Positions 8,533 to 16,093 of a stretch of DNA of 28,489 nt are shown here, in pieces. A program made the translations under genes and the position numbers. The DNA is taken from the sequence record NC_028787.1, one strand, 5' to 3'. The notes below the pieces were generated by a model that did no database searches, was not told the origin of the DNA, and was given only the letters and a program-made list of their open reading frames with translations. Each line of letters opens with the position of its first letter. The stretch's first letter is position 1.

Positions 8533-8853
8533 ATGCCATCTGGAAATGCTCTTTTACCACAAGATCTAATGAATAAGTTAGGTGCTTTTGAAAAATTTTT
8601 ACCAAAAGAAGTTAAAAATAATTTAATAGCCATTAAAAATGCAAAAAGAACGTTTTCTATTCCTGTGAAGACAGAGCAGGGTTATTTGGTTATAGCCGGA
8701 ATTCTTTTAGATCAACCTGTACCAAGTCAATTATTATTTGATGAAGAAGATCTAAAGCTTATACTAGAAGCAGTAAAGAAAGCGTATCAAAAATTAGGAT
8801 TAGATCCTTATGAAGAACTTTGTAGAATTGCAGATACTAGTGAGCAGGTATGA
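8533..8853 (+). CDS. Hypothetical protein (106 aa)
   Basis: First gene of a translationally coupled unit (8533-10189). Confidence 0.8.
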   Translation: MPSGNALLPQDLMNKLGAFEKFLPKEVKNNLIAIKNAKRTFSIPVKTEQGYLVIAGILLDQPVPSQLLFDEEDLKLILEAVKKAYQKLGLDPYEELCRIADTSEQV

Positions 8854-9311
8854 GTGAGAGATTAAAAAAATACTTCACAGATGAAGAGATCCAGTTTATT
8901 GAGCAATTAGCAAAACAAAAGGGATTAAAAGAAACAGATGTAATTTATGCTTTAGCCCGTGAGATGATCCAGACATACCAGTTACGTTATGTAAGTGGTC
9001 AACAAGTATTAGCCATGTTAGATCTTTTAGCCATGAAACTACCACAATGGTTTGCCTTACAGTTAAACTTAGTTGGTCAGTCATCACTTCAAGTAACTAC
9101 ACTATCTAAACAATTATCTGCTCTAACACAACCAAGTACATTTGATAAGATAATAGAACTTCTGAAAACTACAGATGCACAAAAACTACTCTCAATGTTT
9201 GCTCCTATTTTGGCAAACCTATTTTCTTCACCGCAAAAGAGAGAAGATGATAATACAGATACTACACCACCTTCAAATAATGATAACCAAAATAGTGGTG
9301 AATGGTTGTGA
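8850..9311 (+). CDS. RHH DNA-binding protein with amphipathic C-terminal domain (153 aa)
   Basis: [37 protein letters not shown] matches the RHH pattern; ATGA overlap with the previous gene. Confidence 0.7.
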   Translation: MSERLKKYFTDEEIQFIEQLAKQKGLKETDVIYALAREMIQTYQLRYVSGQQVLAMLDLLAMKLPQWFALQLNLVGQSSLQVTTLSKQLSALTQPSTFDKIIELLKTTDAQKLLSMFAPILANLFSSPQKREDDNTDTTPPSNNDNQNSGEWL

Positions 9312-9526
9312 AATTGTACACGTTTGGTGAAGTCAAGATAAAAATCTTAGAAAATAAAGAAGAAATTGAGAGTAATGAAGTGGAGGGTTGTAGGTCATTA
9401 TGCGGTGATAAAGCTATTGAGTTGATTGGTGAAAAATTTAATCCATGTAAAAAAGACTGGTTATTCTGTCATCTAATTAAGGAAATTCAAGATAAGTATT
9501 TTATAATTCTAAAGGAGGTGGTATGA
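9302..9526 (+). CDS. Small Cys-containing protein, possibly metal-binding (74 aa)
   Basis: CRSLC ... CKKDWLFCH. Confidence 0.7.
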   Translation: MVVKLYTFGEVKIKILENKEEIESNEVEGCRSLCGDKAIELIGEKFNPCKKDWLFCHLIKEIQDKYFIILKEVV

Positions 9527-9685
9527 TTGGATAATAAGTGTCTTGAGCTTTTGTCAAAATTAGATGATTGTTTACAAGATCCTGAATTTCAGCTAATTTT
9601 AGTAATGAGGTTAATTAAAGTCCTTGGTACACTTAGTATTAATTTATTAGGTGATAAAAATGAACCAAGACACAGTGATCTGTAA
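9527..9685 (+). CDS. Small hypothetical protein (52 aa, TTG start), not in ORF track
   Basis: GGAGGTGG RBS then TTG; MDNKCLELLSKLDDCLQDPEFQLILVMRLIKVLGTL...; fills the gap in the unit. Confidence 0.55.
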   Translation: MDNKCLELLSKLDDCLQDPEFQLILVMRLIKVLGTLSINLLGDKNEPRHSDL

Positions 9686-9944
9686 GGATGGCTTTATGGT
9701 TGATACAAATACTGGTGAAGTTTTAGATAGGTGTTATGAGCTTGGTGAAACAGAACAAGATAAGGGTTTGAAGCATTATTCTGTTACCCCTCCTGTGCCG
9801 TATGTACCACAACATGTTATTGATAAGATGGCTACAAAAAACAAATGGTTGAAAGGGAAAGACCATTACATTAAATTAGAATTCAGGTTTGCTAAGAAAT
9901 TAAAGTATCTTGAGAGACTATGTTCTCAATCAAAGATCTCATAA
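9660..9944 (+). CDS. Protein with degenerate TFB-type zinc-ribbon-like N-terminus (94 aa)
   Basis: GGTGA RBS; VICKDGFMVDTNTGEVLDRC resembles the TFB ribbon hairpin (GxxVCxxCGxV). Confidence 0.45.
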   Translation: MNQDTVICKDGFMVDTNTGEVLDRCYELGETEQDKGLKHYSVTPPVPYVPQHVIDKMATKNKWLKGKDHYIKLEFRFAKKLKYLERLCSQSKIS

Positions 9945-10189
9945 AGATAGTAGAAAATAAGAAAGAATGTTTAGACTATGTACTTTACAGGTTAGACAAT
10001 GAAATAATTCTATTTACCAGAGGAGAACTTTTTTTAAAAAAGAAGAAGTTTAACTTGGAGAAATGTGATCATAGGATTTGTAAGCTTATTGCTGATAAAA
10101 TTATAGATGAATGTGAACAGAAAGAAAAAGGGATAGTTGATTGTTTGATTGAGAAAGAAGAGGAATTAGAAGAAAAAATGGTTTTTTAA
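9920..10189 (+). CDS. Hypothetical Cys-containing protein (89 aa)
   Basis: Overlaps the previous gene; ends convergently with 10186. Confidence 0.75.
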   Translation: MFSIKDLIKIVENKKECLDYVLYRLDNEIILFTRGELFLKKKKFNLEKCDHRICKLIADKIIDECEQKEKGIVDCLIEKEEELEEKMVF

Positions 10190-10905
10190 TCTTGGATTTT
10201 ATACTCATTTTCCAAGGTATAAGAGTTGTCTGCTATTTCTGTTAACATGTTTTCCAAATGAAACTTAGCATACTTGTATTCCTCTTGAGATTTGAAAATT
10301 ACATAAATCTGCATTAGTAACGCTGTCCTATCCACCGCCGAGACTGTTTTCTTTGTCATTTCGTTGAAGAATGATAAGACTTTCTCTATTCTAAATTCTG
10401 GTTTCTCTAAAGTTATGATGTCATGCCCGTTAAAGGCTATAACTATGTTATTCGAATTTTCGTGAATTTGTATAGTGTCAAAGTTCATTAACTGGTTTAG
10501 TACTTCACCGATTTTTGCTACAAAGCAGGAAATGTTTCTTCTATCGTTTATTATTAGACTAATGTCACTAGTATGAAACTGTGTGAAGCCATGATCAAAA
10601 GGTATTACTTCAGTACACACTTCATACGTTACTAAGTCTCCTAATTTCAAATCTGGAGAGGATTTGATAAGGTCTTTTAGTTTTTCTACTTTTTCCTCCA
10701 GATGACTATTATCAACTAACTCCTTTGCTCTTAACATCTTCTCAATTTGATCTACTAATTTATTTTCATTCCTTTTGACATTCTCCACAAATACTTTTAC
10801 ATCTGTTTGGGGTAATAGCCCCGCGTCTAATTTTATGTTGTCTAAATACAAGTTGTTTCCTATTATACTTAACTTGTGGTTTCCAATTGGTATTTCCATT
10901 TGCAT
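10186..10905 (-). CDS. Unknown protein, paralog family A (239 aa)
   Basis: EIPIGNHKLSIIGNNLYLDNIKLD / NISCFVAKI / IEKVLSFFNEM align with 11535-12299. Confidence 0.9.
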   Translation of the reverse strand: MQMEIPIGNHKLSIIGNNLYLDNIKLDAGLLPQTDVKVFVENVKRNENKLVDQIEKMLRAKELVDNSHLEEKVEKLKDLIKSSPDLKLGDLVTYEVCTEVIPFDHGFTQFHTSDISLIINDRRNISCFVAKIGEVLNQLMNFDTIQIHENSNNIVIAFNGHDIITLEKPEFRIEKVLSFFNEMTKKTVSAVDRTALLMQIYVIFKSQEEYKYAKFHLENMLTEIADNSYTLENEYKIQD

Positions 10906-10948
10906 AGAGGGTCACTTAATACTTTATCAGAGAGACTTATAAGTTTTG
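10903..10948. promoter_or_regulatory. Bidirectional promoter with palindromic TATA ACTTATAAGT (10935-10944)
   Basis: Perfect 10-bp palindrome between divergent genes; minus side carries TATTAAGTGACCC. Confidence 0.6.
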
Positions 10949-10972
10949 ATGCCAATCAACTCATGTGGTATC

Positions 10973-11434
10973 ATGAACCCAAACGGTCATACACTGGAAT
11001 TGGAATGGAATGAAAGAGTATGTTATAAAAATGCACGTGAAACGGTGTTTGCAAATAAGAGAATACTTGTACCTAAAGACCTTGAAGCAATAGCGGTTGT
11101 ATTTGAGAAGGATAGGTACAAAATTGCTTACTATGACTCCAATACATGGAGTATAGTAGACACTACTAACATTTCTCCAGATTCTAGTTATGTTCTTGAA
11201 TTACCTCAAAACTCTGATACACCTTATGCAGGAGATGACGGGGATTGTGCTTACATAGAGTCTATCAAACCTAATGTAGTATTTCCTGATTCTAATAGCC
11301 CGCTAATTATTGTGACTTCAATAAACAATAAAATAGAGTATTACGTTTTTGTACCTGATAAAGGATGGTACTCAATAAACAGACTATTCAAACAACCAGA
11401 AAAGAAAGCTAAACAATTAACTTCTACAGTATAA
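10973..11434 (+). CDS. Unknown beta-rich protein, paralog family B (about 153 aa)
   Basis: NGHTLELEWNE and PLIIVTSINNKIEYYVFVPDKGWYSI align with 12367-12801; start at MNPNG inferred from the alignment and TATA spacing. Confidence 0.85.
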   Translation: MNPNGHTLELEWNERVCYKNARETVFANKRILVPKDLEAIAVVFEKDRYKIAYYDSNTWSIVDTTNISPDSSYVLELPQNSDTPYAGDDGDCAYIESIKPNVVFPDSNSPLIIVTSINNKIEYYVFVPDKGWYSINRLFKQPEKKAKQLTSTV

Positions 11435-11446
11435 AATTTTTTTAAC

Positions 11447-11510
11447 GGGGTACCCCCTCAGATTTTTTACCCCTGTTTTTTGGAATAGGGGTTCTTATGG
11501 GGGTAACCCC
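11447..11510. repeat. GC-rich nested inverted repeats between convergent genes (possible bidirectional terminator or cruciform)
   Basis: GGGGTACCCCC(11447-57) ... ACCCCT(11469-74)/AGGGGT(11487-92) ... GGGGGTAACCCC(11499-510). Confidence 0.85.
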
Positions 11511-11534
11511 TAATCTTAAATAAAAATAAATACT

Positions 11535-12299
11535 TTATTCAACCGGTGTGTCTTCATCATTTTCTACATACTCTGGTTCTTCTTCTTGTTCATCTCTATA
11601 AGAATGGTCTATTATGTCTATGAATACCCCTCCTAATTCGTAATAAGTTAAAGTAAATTTGTCCTTTGACCAGAAGTATTTATACACATTGTTCATTAAC
11701 CCTATCACTTCACTTAATTTATCCTTATTTTCACTTATCTCATTAAAGAACGAAAGTACTTGTTCAATTGGTACATTTTCTAAATGAAGTACTGTGAACT
11801 TATTTAGCTCTATGTGAACATGATTTTTGTTCTGTATAACTCCTATTGAAACATCCATTCTAACTTCTCCAATTTTTTCTGATACCTTACTAACATAACA
11901 TGAAATGTTGTAGTCACTGTTTATGAAAACTCTAAAATGCTCTGCTAAGAACTTTACCCAACTCTCTGAATAGTCTACATGTGAGCACACCTTGGTACTT
12001 GAAAAGTTAAATAAAGAGATTGGTTTTGTGTTCAAGATCATCTCCTTCAACTTCTCCTGATAACCTTTAATTTTATCCTTCTCATCTTCAATTAGCTTCT
12101 TTAAGCTTTTCAAAACTTCTATTGCATGAATAATTTCAGTTTCGTTTTGTTTTATCAATTGCTCTAATTTGTTCAAATCTGTAGTGCCATAGGTATGCAC
12201 ATCCAATTTTATACCGTCCACAAAAATTTGGTTTCCTTTTATTACTATCTTGTGATTACCCTTTAAGGGTATTTCCTTAATAACTTGGGTTTTCGCCAT
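11535..12299 (-). CDS. Unknown protein, paralog family A, acidic tail (254 aa)
   Basis: EIPLKGNHKIVIKGNQIFVDGIKLD / NISCYVSKV / IEQVLSFFNEI. Confidence 0.9.
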   Translation of the reverse strand: MAKTQVIKEIPLKGNHKIVIKGNQIFVDGIKLDVHTYGTTDLNKLEQLIKQNETEIIHAIEVLKSLKKLIEDEKDKIKGYQEKLKEMILNTKPISLFNFSSTKVCSHVDYSESWVKFLAEHFRVFINSDYNISCYVSKVSEKIGEVRMDVSIGVIQNKNHVHIELNKFTVLHLENVPIEQVLSFFNEISENKDKLSEVIGLMNNVYKYFWSKDKFTLTYYELGGVFIDIIDHSYRDEQEEEPEYVENDEDTPVE

Positions 12300-12344
12300 T
12301 TTGGGTCAATAAATAATAAGTAGGTAAAGATTAAAAAACGTTTT
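12297..12344 (-). promoter_or_regulatory. Early-type promoter with TGACCCAAAATG motif
   Basis: AAAACGTTTTTTAATC...CTTATTATTTATTGACCCAAAATG. Confidence 0.65.
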
Positions 12345-12366
12345 GGTTTAAGAACGAAAGAAAAAA

Positions 12367-12801
12367 TTACTCATCTTTTATTTCAAACCAACCACGTTGT
12401 GGTACATACACATACCAAATTGTTTGTTTGTTCACCTCTGTTACTACCACAGTAGGTAAGTTTACATTTTGCGGATAAATGACATACTTATCTTCATCAA
12501 CAAACTTTTTGATGTCTGAACAAAGGAAATGTTTGCAAACAACTCTTGGCGGTTCATCTGATAATGGCACTCTGACAGTTAAACCAAGTGGTTGTGTGTT
12601 CTCTATCTCTTGTAATGTCCATTTTCCATTAAATTTTGCTACATAATACTTGTCTTCACTTTCAATTAGGGCTATTGAGACTTGTTGGTTGGGTGTAACC
12701 ACTTTTTTGCCGTTAAAAACGAATACATCTACTACACTAGAAAAAACATTCTCATTGTCTTGTAATTCTATGTATGCCCCGTTTTCCTTGATTTGTGCCA
12801 T
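12367..12801 (-). CDS. Unknown beta-rich protein, paralog family B (144 aa)
   Basis: NGAYIELQDNE and PTVVVTEVNKQTIWYVYVPQRGWFEI. Confidence 0.88.
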   Translation of the reverse strand: MAQIKENGAYIELQDNENVFSSVVDVFVFNGKKVVTPNQQVSIALIESEDKYYVAKFNGKWTLQEIENTQPLGLTVRVPLSDEPPRVVCKHFLCSDIKKFVDEDKYVIYPQNVNLPTVVVTEVNKQTIWYVYVPQRGWFEIKDE

Positions 12802-12863
12802 TTTGGGTCAAGTACATTTTGTCAGGAATAGTATAAAAACATTTTGGCATTTCTTTGTCAGGA
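12799..12863. promoter_or_regulatory. Divergent promoter region with TGACCCAAAATG motif and two TTGTCAGGA sites
   Basis: TTGTCAGGA at 12819-27 and 12855-63; the first lies between the TATA box and start of the 12801 gene. Confidence 0.6.
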
Positions 12864-12895
12864 TGACTTATCTTATTCTTTTCTAACATTAACTC

Positions 12896-13189
12896 ATGTT
12901 TACTTTAGATGAACTGTTCAATTTAGCCCAAAAAGATCAATTTAACTATCTACTAGTCTTTTTTACAGAAAATGGAGAAATCTATGACGCGTTAGCTTTT
13001 GATTTACTACAACCCCTATTAATAGAGATCATTAACAACTACTTATCTCTAGTTGAGAAATTAAATGAAAAAATCGTTGTTAAGTTCTACAAAGTAAGTA
13101 CAAGACAAGAAGTCAAAATTACTCAGATACCAATTTACATTCCTAATGATTCCACAAGTCAAACACAGATGAGAAGGGGTTATCTATGA
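12896..13189 (+). CDS. Hypothetical protein (97 aa)
   Basis: Coupled (ATGA overlap) to the glycosyltransferase. Confidence 0.8.
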   Translation: MFTLDELFNLAQKDQFNYLLVFFTENGEIYDALAFDLLQPLLIEIINNYLSLVEKLNEKIVVKFYKVSTRQEVKITQIPIYIPNDSTSQTQMRRGYL

Positions 13190-14127
13190 GCATAGAGTTA
13201 ACTTTCATTACTACAACCAACAGCGGTAGTTATGATAGGTTAGCTTCTAGACAGGCTTCTCTTCTTGAGAAAAAATTTGGAATTAAAAGTGAGATAATTA
13301 GATCTGCACAGATGCAAAAATCAGAAGTTCATGGCTCTCATGTAATCATTTACACTACATTCAACATTTTACCACAACTATACAAGATTTATGAAAGAGA
13401 TTTGAGAGGAAAAGAAGTTATTGCATTAATAGATAGTGCACTTTACACTATTCCTTATCTAATAATAGAGAAACTTTTGAAAGAACATAGAATTTATACA
13501 ACCTCTATGTTCAACCAAGAAAACTTTGAGAAGTTAGGTATTAAAATTCCCTATGTATCACACTTTGTACCAGATCCTAATACTTCTGGTAGAATCTTGG
13601 AATGGCATGATAGGAATTATGACTTCATTACTGTAGGCATTAATGAAACCGATTTTGATAGAAAGGGGCATTACTGGAATTGGATAGTGGAGAAATGGGG
13701 TTTTAAAACCGTAAGAGTCTGTTCAAATTGGTGTCCTTCTCCATTCATGAGCAATGTTAGTGATGATAAGCTCTATGAACTTTATGCACACTCAAAATGG
13801 TATTTAGCCACTAGTCATGCTGAGACTCCTCACTTACCATTAATTGAAGCTTATGCGTTTGGTACTCCTGGTATCTGTCTAAATGCTCATGAGTTTAGGT
13901 TTATCTGTAGAGGTATAACATTTGAGCCCGCTTATGTTAATGTTAAGGGTATGAAGAATTTCTACTTTGCAGAAATTGACGCTTCATCTTTTATCTCTGC
14001 TGTTGGTGAGAGTAGAGATGTCAAGAAGTTTGAAACATACTCACAGATAGCACGTCAGTATTTTGAAGAGAAATTTTCTATGAATAAAAGACTTGACGAA
14101 TTTATGAAACTTGTTGGTCTTGATTAA
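13186..14127 (+). CDS. GT-B fold (GT4-like) glycosyltransferase (313 aa)
   Basis: RKGH motif and YLATSHAETPHLPLIEAYAFGTPGI (E-x7-E donor-binding motif), C-terminal FSM. Confidence 0.9.
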   Translation: MSIELTFITTTNSGSYDRLASRQASLLEKKFGIKSEIIRSAQMQKSEVHGSHVIIYTTFNILPQLYKIYERDLRGKEVIALIDSALYTIPYLIIEKLLKEHRIYTTSMFNQENFEKLGIKIPYVSHFVPDPNTSGRILEWHDRNYDFITVGINETDFDRKGHYWNWIVEKWGFKTVRVCSNWCPSPFMSNVSDDKLYELYAHSKWYLATSHAETPHLPLIEAYAFGTPGICLNAHEFRFICRGITFEPAYVNVKGMKNFYFAEIDASSFISAVGESRDVKKFETYSQIARQYFEEKFSMNKRLDEFMKLVGLD

Positions 14128-14128
14128 G

Positions 14129-14314
14129 ATGATTTATAAGAAGTTAAACGTTTATTTGAGGAATTGTAAAGTGATGAATAAAGTGGAATTTCCTCATTCT
14201 GTTCAATACGTTCTCACTTGTCCAGAATTAGTTATCATTGAGTGTAGAGGTACCAATCAATGTATAGAACTCTATAGACAAAAAGAGAAAGAAGTAAAAA
14301 AGGTTAAGATTTAA
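14129..14314 (+). CDS. Small Cys-containing protein (61 aa)
   Basis: ATG directly after the glycosyltransferase stop; four Cys. Confidence 0.7.
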   Translation: MIYKKLNVYLRNCKVMNKVEFPHSVQYVLTCPELVIIECRGTNQCIELYRQKEKEVKKVKI

Positions 14315-14574
14315 AAATTAAGAATCAAATCCTGAAGGATAGCTTTATAATTTCTTTTTTCATCTTCATCCATAGCATTTATCATGTTTTCCCAAGTTTC
14401 CTTGATCATTTCTCCTATCTCATCCTTTGGATTCACTACAATTTCGTAACCATTTGAGATTCTTTGTACTTTGACTTTTACATGTTGATTTTCAACTTCT
14501 GACCACCACGTTGAATCAACAACTTTCTTTCCTTGTCCTAATAAAGTCAAAATAGCTATTTGCCAATCTAACAT
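14311..14574 (-). CDS. Unknown protein, paralog family C (87 aa)
   Basis: YEIVVNPKDEIGEMIKETWENM; AGGTGAG RBS. Confidence 0.85.
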   Translation of the reverse strand: MLDWQIAILTLLGQGKKVVDSTWWSEVENQHVKVKVQRISNGYEIVVNPKDEIGEMIKETWENMINAMDEDEKRNYKAILQDLILNF

Positions 14575-14585
14575 TTCCTCTCACC

Positions 14586-14852
14586 TTAACTATTGTATAG
14601 AATAAAATGGAGTACATCAATGTATGTGTCTCTTACTAATCCTTCACTTTCTCTTAGTTTATTATAAGCTTTAACAATTAAGTTTCCAACTTCATCCTTT
14701 GCCTGTAGACTAATTCTCCAGAATTTTCCTTCTTTTTTAGCTTTTATGAATAGGTGCTCTGTGTCTAACTCTGCAGGAAAATTAATTTGCTCTAACCTAT
14801 TGTCTTTTGAAGCATTTAGAAGAGTTTCAAATACAAGATCCGCGTATCTCAT
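14586..14852 (-). CDS. Unknown protein, paralog family C (88 aa)
   Basis: MRYADLVFETL ... WRISLQAKDEVGNLIVKAYNKL; GGTGA RBS. Confidence 0.88.
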   Translation of the reverse strand: MRYADLVFETLLNASKDNRLEQINFPAELDTEHLFIKAKKEGKFWRISLQAKDEVGNLIVKAYNKLRESEGLVRDTYIDVLHFILYNS

Positions 14853-14861
14853 TATAATCAC

Positions 14862-15128
14862 CTAACTATTGTTTATGATAAACCACAAAGCAAATGATAG
14901 TAAATCTCTTGTTAACGCCTCACTTTTCTTTAGTTTCTCATACGCCCTCCTAATTAATTCACCTATCTCATCTTTTGGATAGAGGGTTATTTCCCAATAG
15001 TTGTCTTGTTTCTGAGCTATAATTTGTATGTGCTCAGTATCTAATACACCTGGAAAATCAATCTTTTCTAATCTATCTTTTTCTGAAGCTTGGGTTAAGG
15101 TTTCATAAACCAATTCTGGATACCTCAT
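14862..15128 (-). CDS. Unknown protein, paralog family C (88 aa)
   Basis: MRYPELVYETL ... WEITLYPKDEIGELIRRAYEKL. Confidence 0.88.
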   Translation of the reverse strand: MRYPELVYETLTQASEKDRLEKIDFPGVLDTEHIQIIAQKQDNYWEITLYPKDEIGELIRRAYEKLKKSEALTRDLLSFALWFIINNS

Positions 15129-15222
15129 TTTGGGTCACTTAATAATAAGAAATTAGAGGATTAAAAACTTTTAGACATCTTACTGACAAGATGATTCTAC
15201 ACTCTTTTTCTTTCACTGACAA
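15126..15222. promoter_or_regulatory. Early/late boundary: TGACCCAAAATG promoter plus two ACTGACAA sites
   Basis: Minus strand AAAAGTTTTTAATC...CTTATTATTAAGTGACCCAAAATG; ACTGACAA at 15182-89 and 15215-22. Confidence 0.65.
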
Positions 15223-15246
15223 TAGGTTTTTATGAAAAAGTAAGGT

Positions 15247-15507
15247 ATGAAAACCGTTTTTTCGTTTCCCTCAGAAGACGAAACAGTCAAGAAGAAAATG
15301 ACAGTTGAAGAAGCTCTTAACCATGTTAAAACACACGCTTATTTCCACATTGATGACATTCACAGTTTGTTAGATTTTCTTTTTCATTATGGGTTTATAA
15401 TAAGATTAGGAGAACATTGTTACATTGCAGAAAATGAAGAATACATGATTAGAATTGACAATAACGGTAATGGTGAAATAGTAAAAAAGGGTGGAAATAA
15501 TGCTTGA
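15247..15507 (+). CDS. Hypothetical protein (86 aa)
   Basis: First gene of the plus-strand block. Confidence 0.75.
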   Translation: MKTVFSFPSEDETVKKKMTVEEALNHVKTHAYFHIDDIHSLLDFLFHYGFIIRLGEHCYIAENEEYMIRIDNNGNGEIVKKGGNNA

Positions 15508-15682
15508 TACAATTCTATTTATTGCAGGCGGTCTTTTATTTTCCAATACTTTCATGGGTGTAATCATTTACATAGAGATAAAAAAGATGGAATACGTCTT
15601 TGAACAGATTTTACAAGGAATTTCAACTAACAACCAGAACGATGAAGAAGATTATGACCCTGACACTAATTCTTACATCTAA
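15500..15682 (+). CDS. Single-pass membrane protein with acidic tail (60 aa)
   Basis: N-terminal hydrophobic helix; DEEDYDPD tail; GGGTGG RBS. Confidence 0.75.
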   Translation: MLDTILFIAGGLLFSNTFMGVIIYIEIKKMEYVFEQILQGISTNNQNDEEDYDPDTNSYI

Positions 15683-15697
15683 GTAAGATGTGAGCTT

Positions 15698-15880
15698 ATG
15701 CAGTTACTTGGCTTAGGTAATCTTCTAACTAAAATCATAGAATTCCTAATTTATGTTACTGAAGACATTTTCTTGACTTTCATAAAATACCTACTAGAAG
15801 GTTTCACTCACTTTATAATGGATACACTAAAATACATGTCAGACTTTGTACTGCACATTGCACGGCTCTATAAGAGGTGA
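15698..15880 (+). CDS. Amphipathic helical protein, pair D (60 aa)
   Basis: Similar pattern to 15885-16070. Confidence 0.75.
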   Translation: MQLLGLGNLLTKIIEFLIYVTEDIFLTFIKYLLEGFTHFIMDTLKYMSDFVLHIARLYKR

Positions 15881-15884
15881 TTAG

Positions 15885-16070
15885 ATGGCAGAGTTTGTAG
15901 GTTTAGCTGATGCAGTTTCTGATACTATCTACAAGATTTTAGTAATTCTTTATAAAATTCTAAAGTTTATCTTTCTAAAAATTACTGATGGTTTAGGAGA
16001 AATTATAGCAATTTCATTTGAGTACTTTGTTAAGCTTATTGAACAACTAACAAGGTTTGTGTTCAGATAA
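15885..16070 (+). CDS. Amphipathic helical protein, pair D (61 aa)
   Basis: GAGGTGA RBS; similar pattern to 15698-15880. Confidence 0.78.
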   Translation: MAEFVGLADAVSDTIYKILVILYKILKFIFLKITDGLGEIIAISFEYFVKLIEQLTRFVFR

Positions 16071-16093
16071 CTAGTTTTATTTACAAATAAGGT

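Noticed and set aside
12659-12683. Minus-strand sequence ending in ATTGAAAG, like a Sulfolobales CRISPR repeat
   Set aside because: Single copy inside a CDS (codons for VSIALIES); no second repeat at spacer distance, so no mini-array.
8896-12886. ORF-track calls 8896-9087(-) and 12650-12886(+)
   Set aside because: Antisense to well-supported genes (RHH protein; family B paralog).
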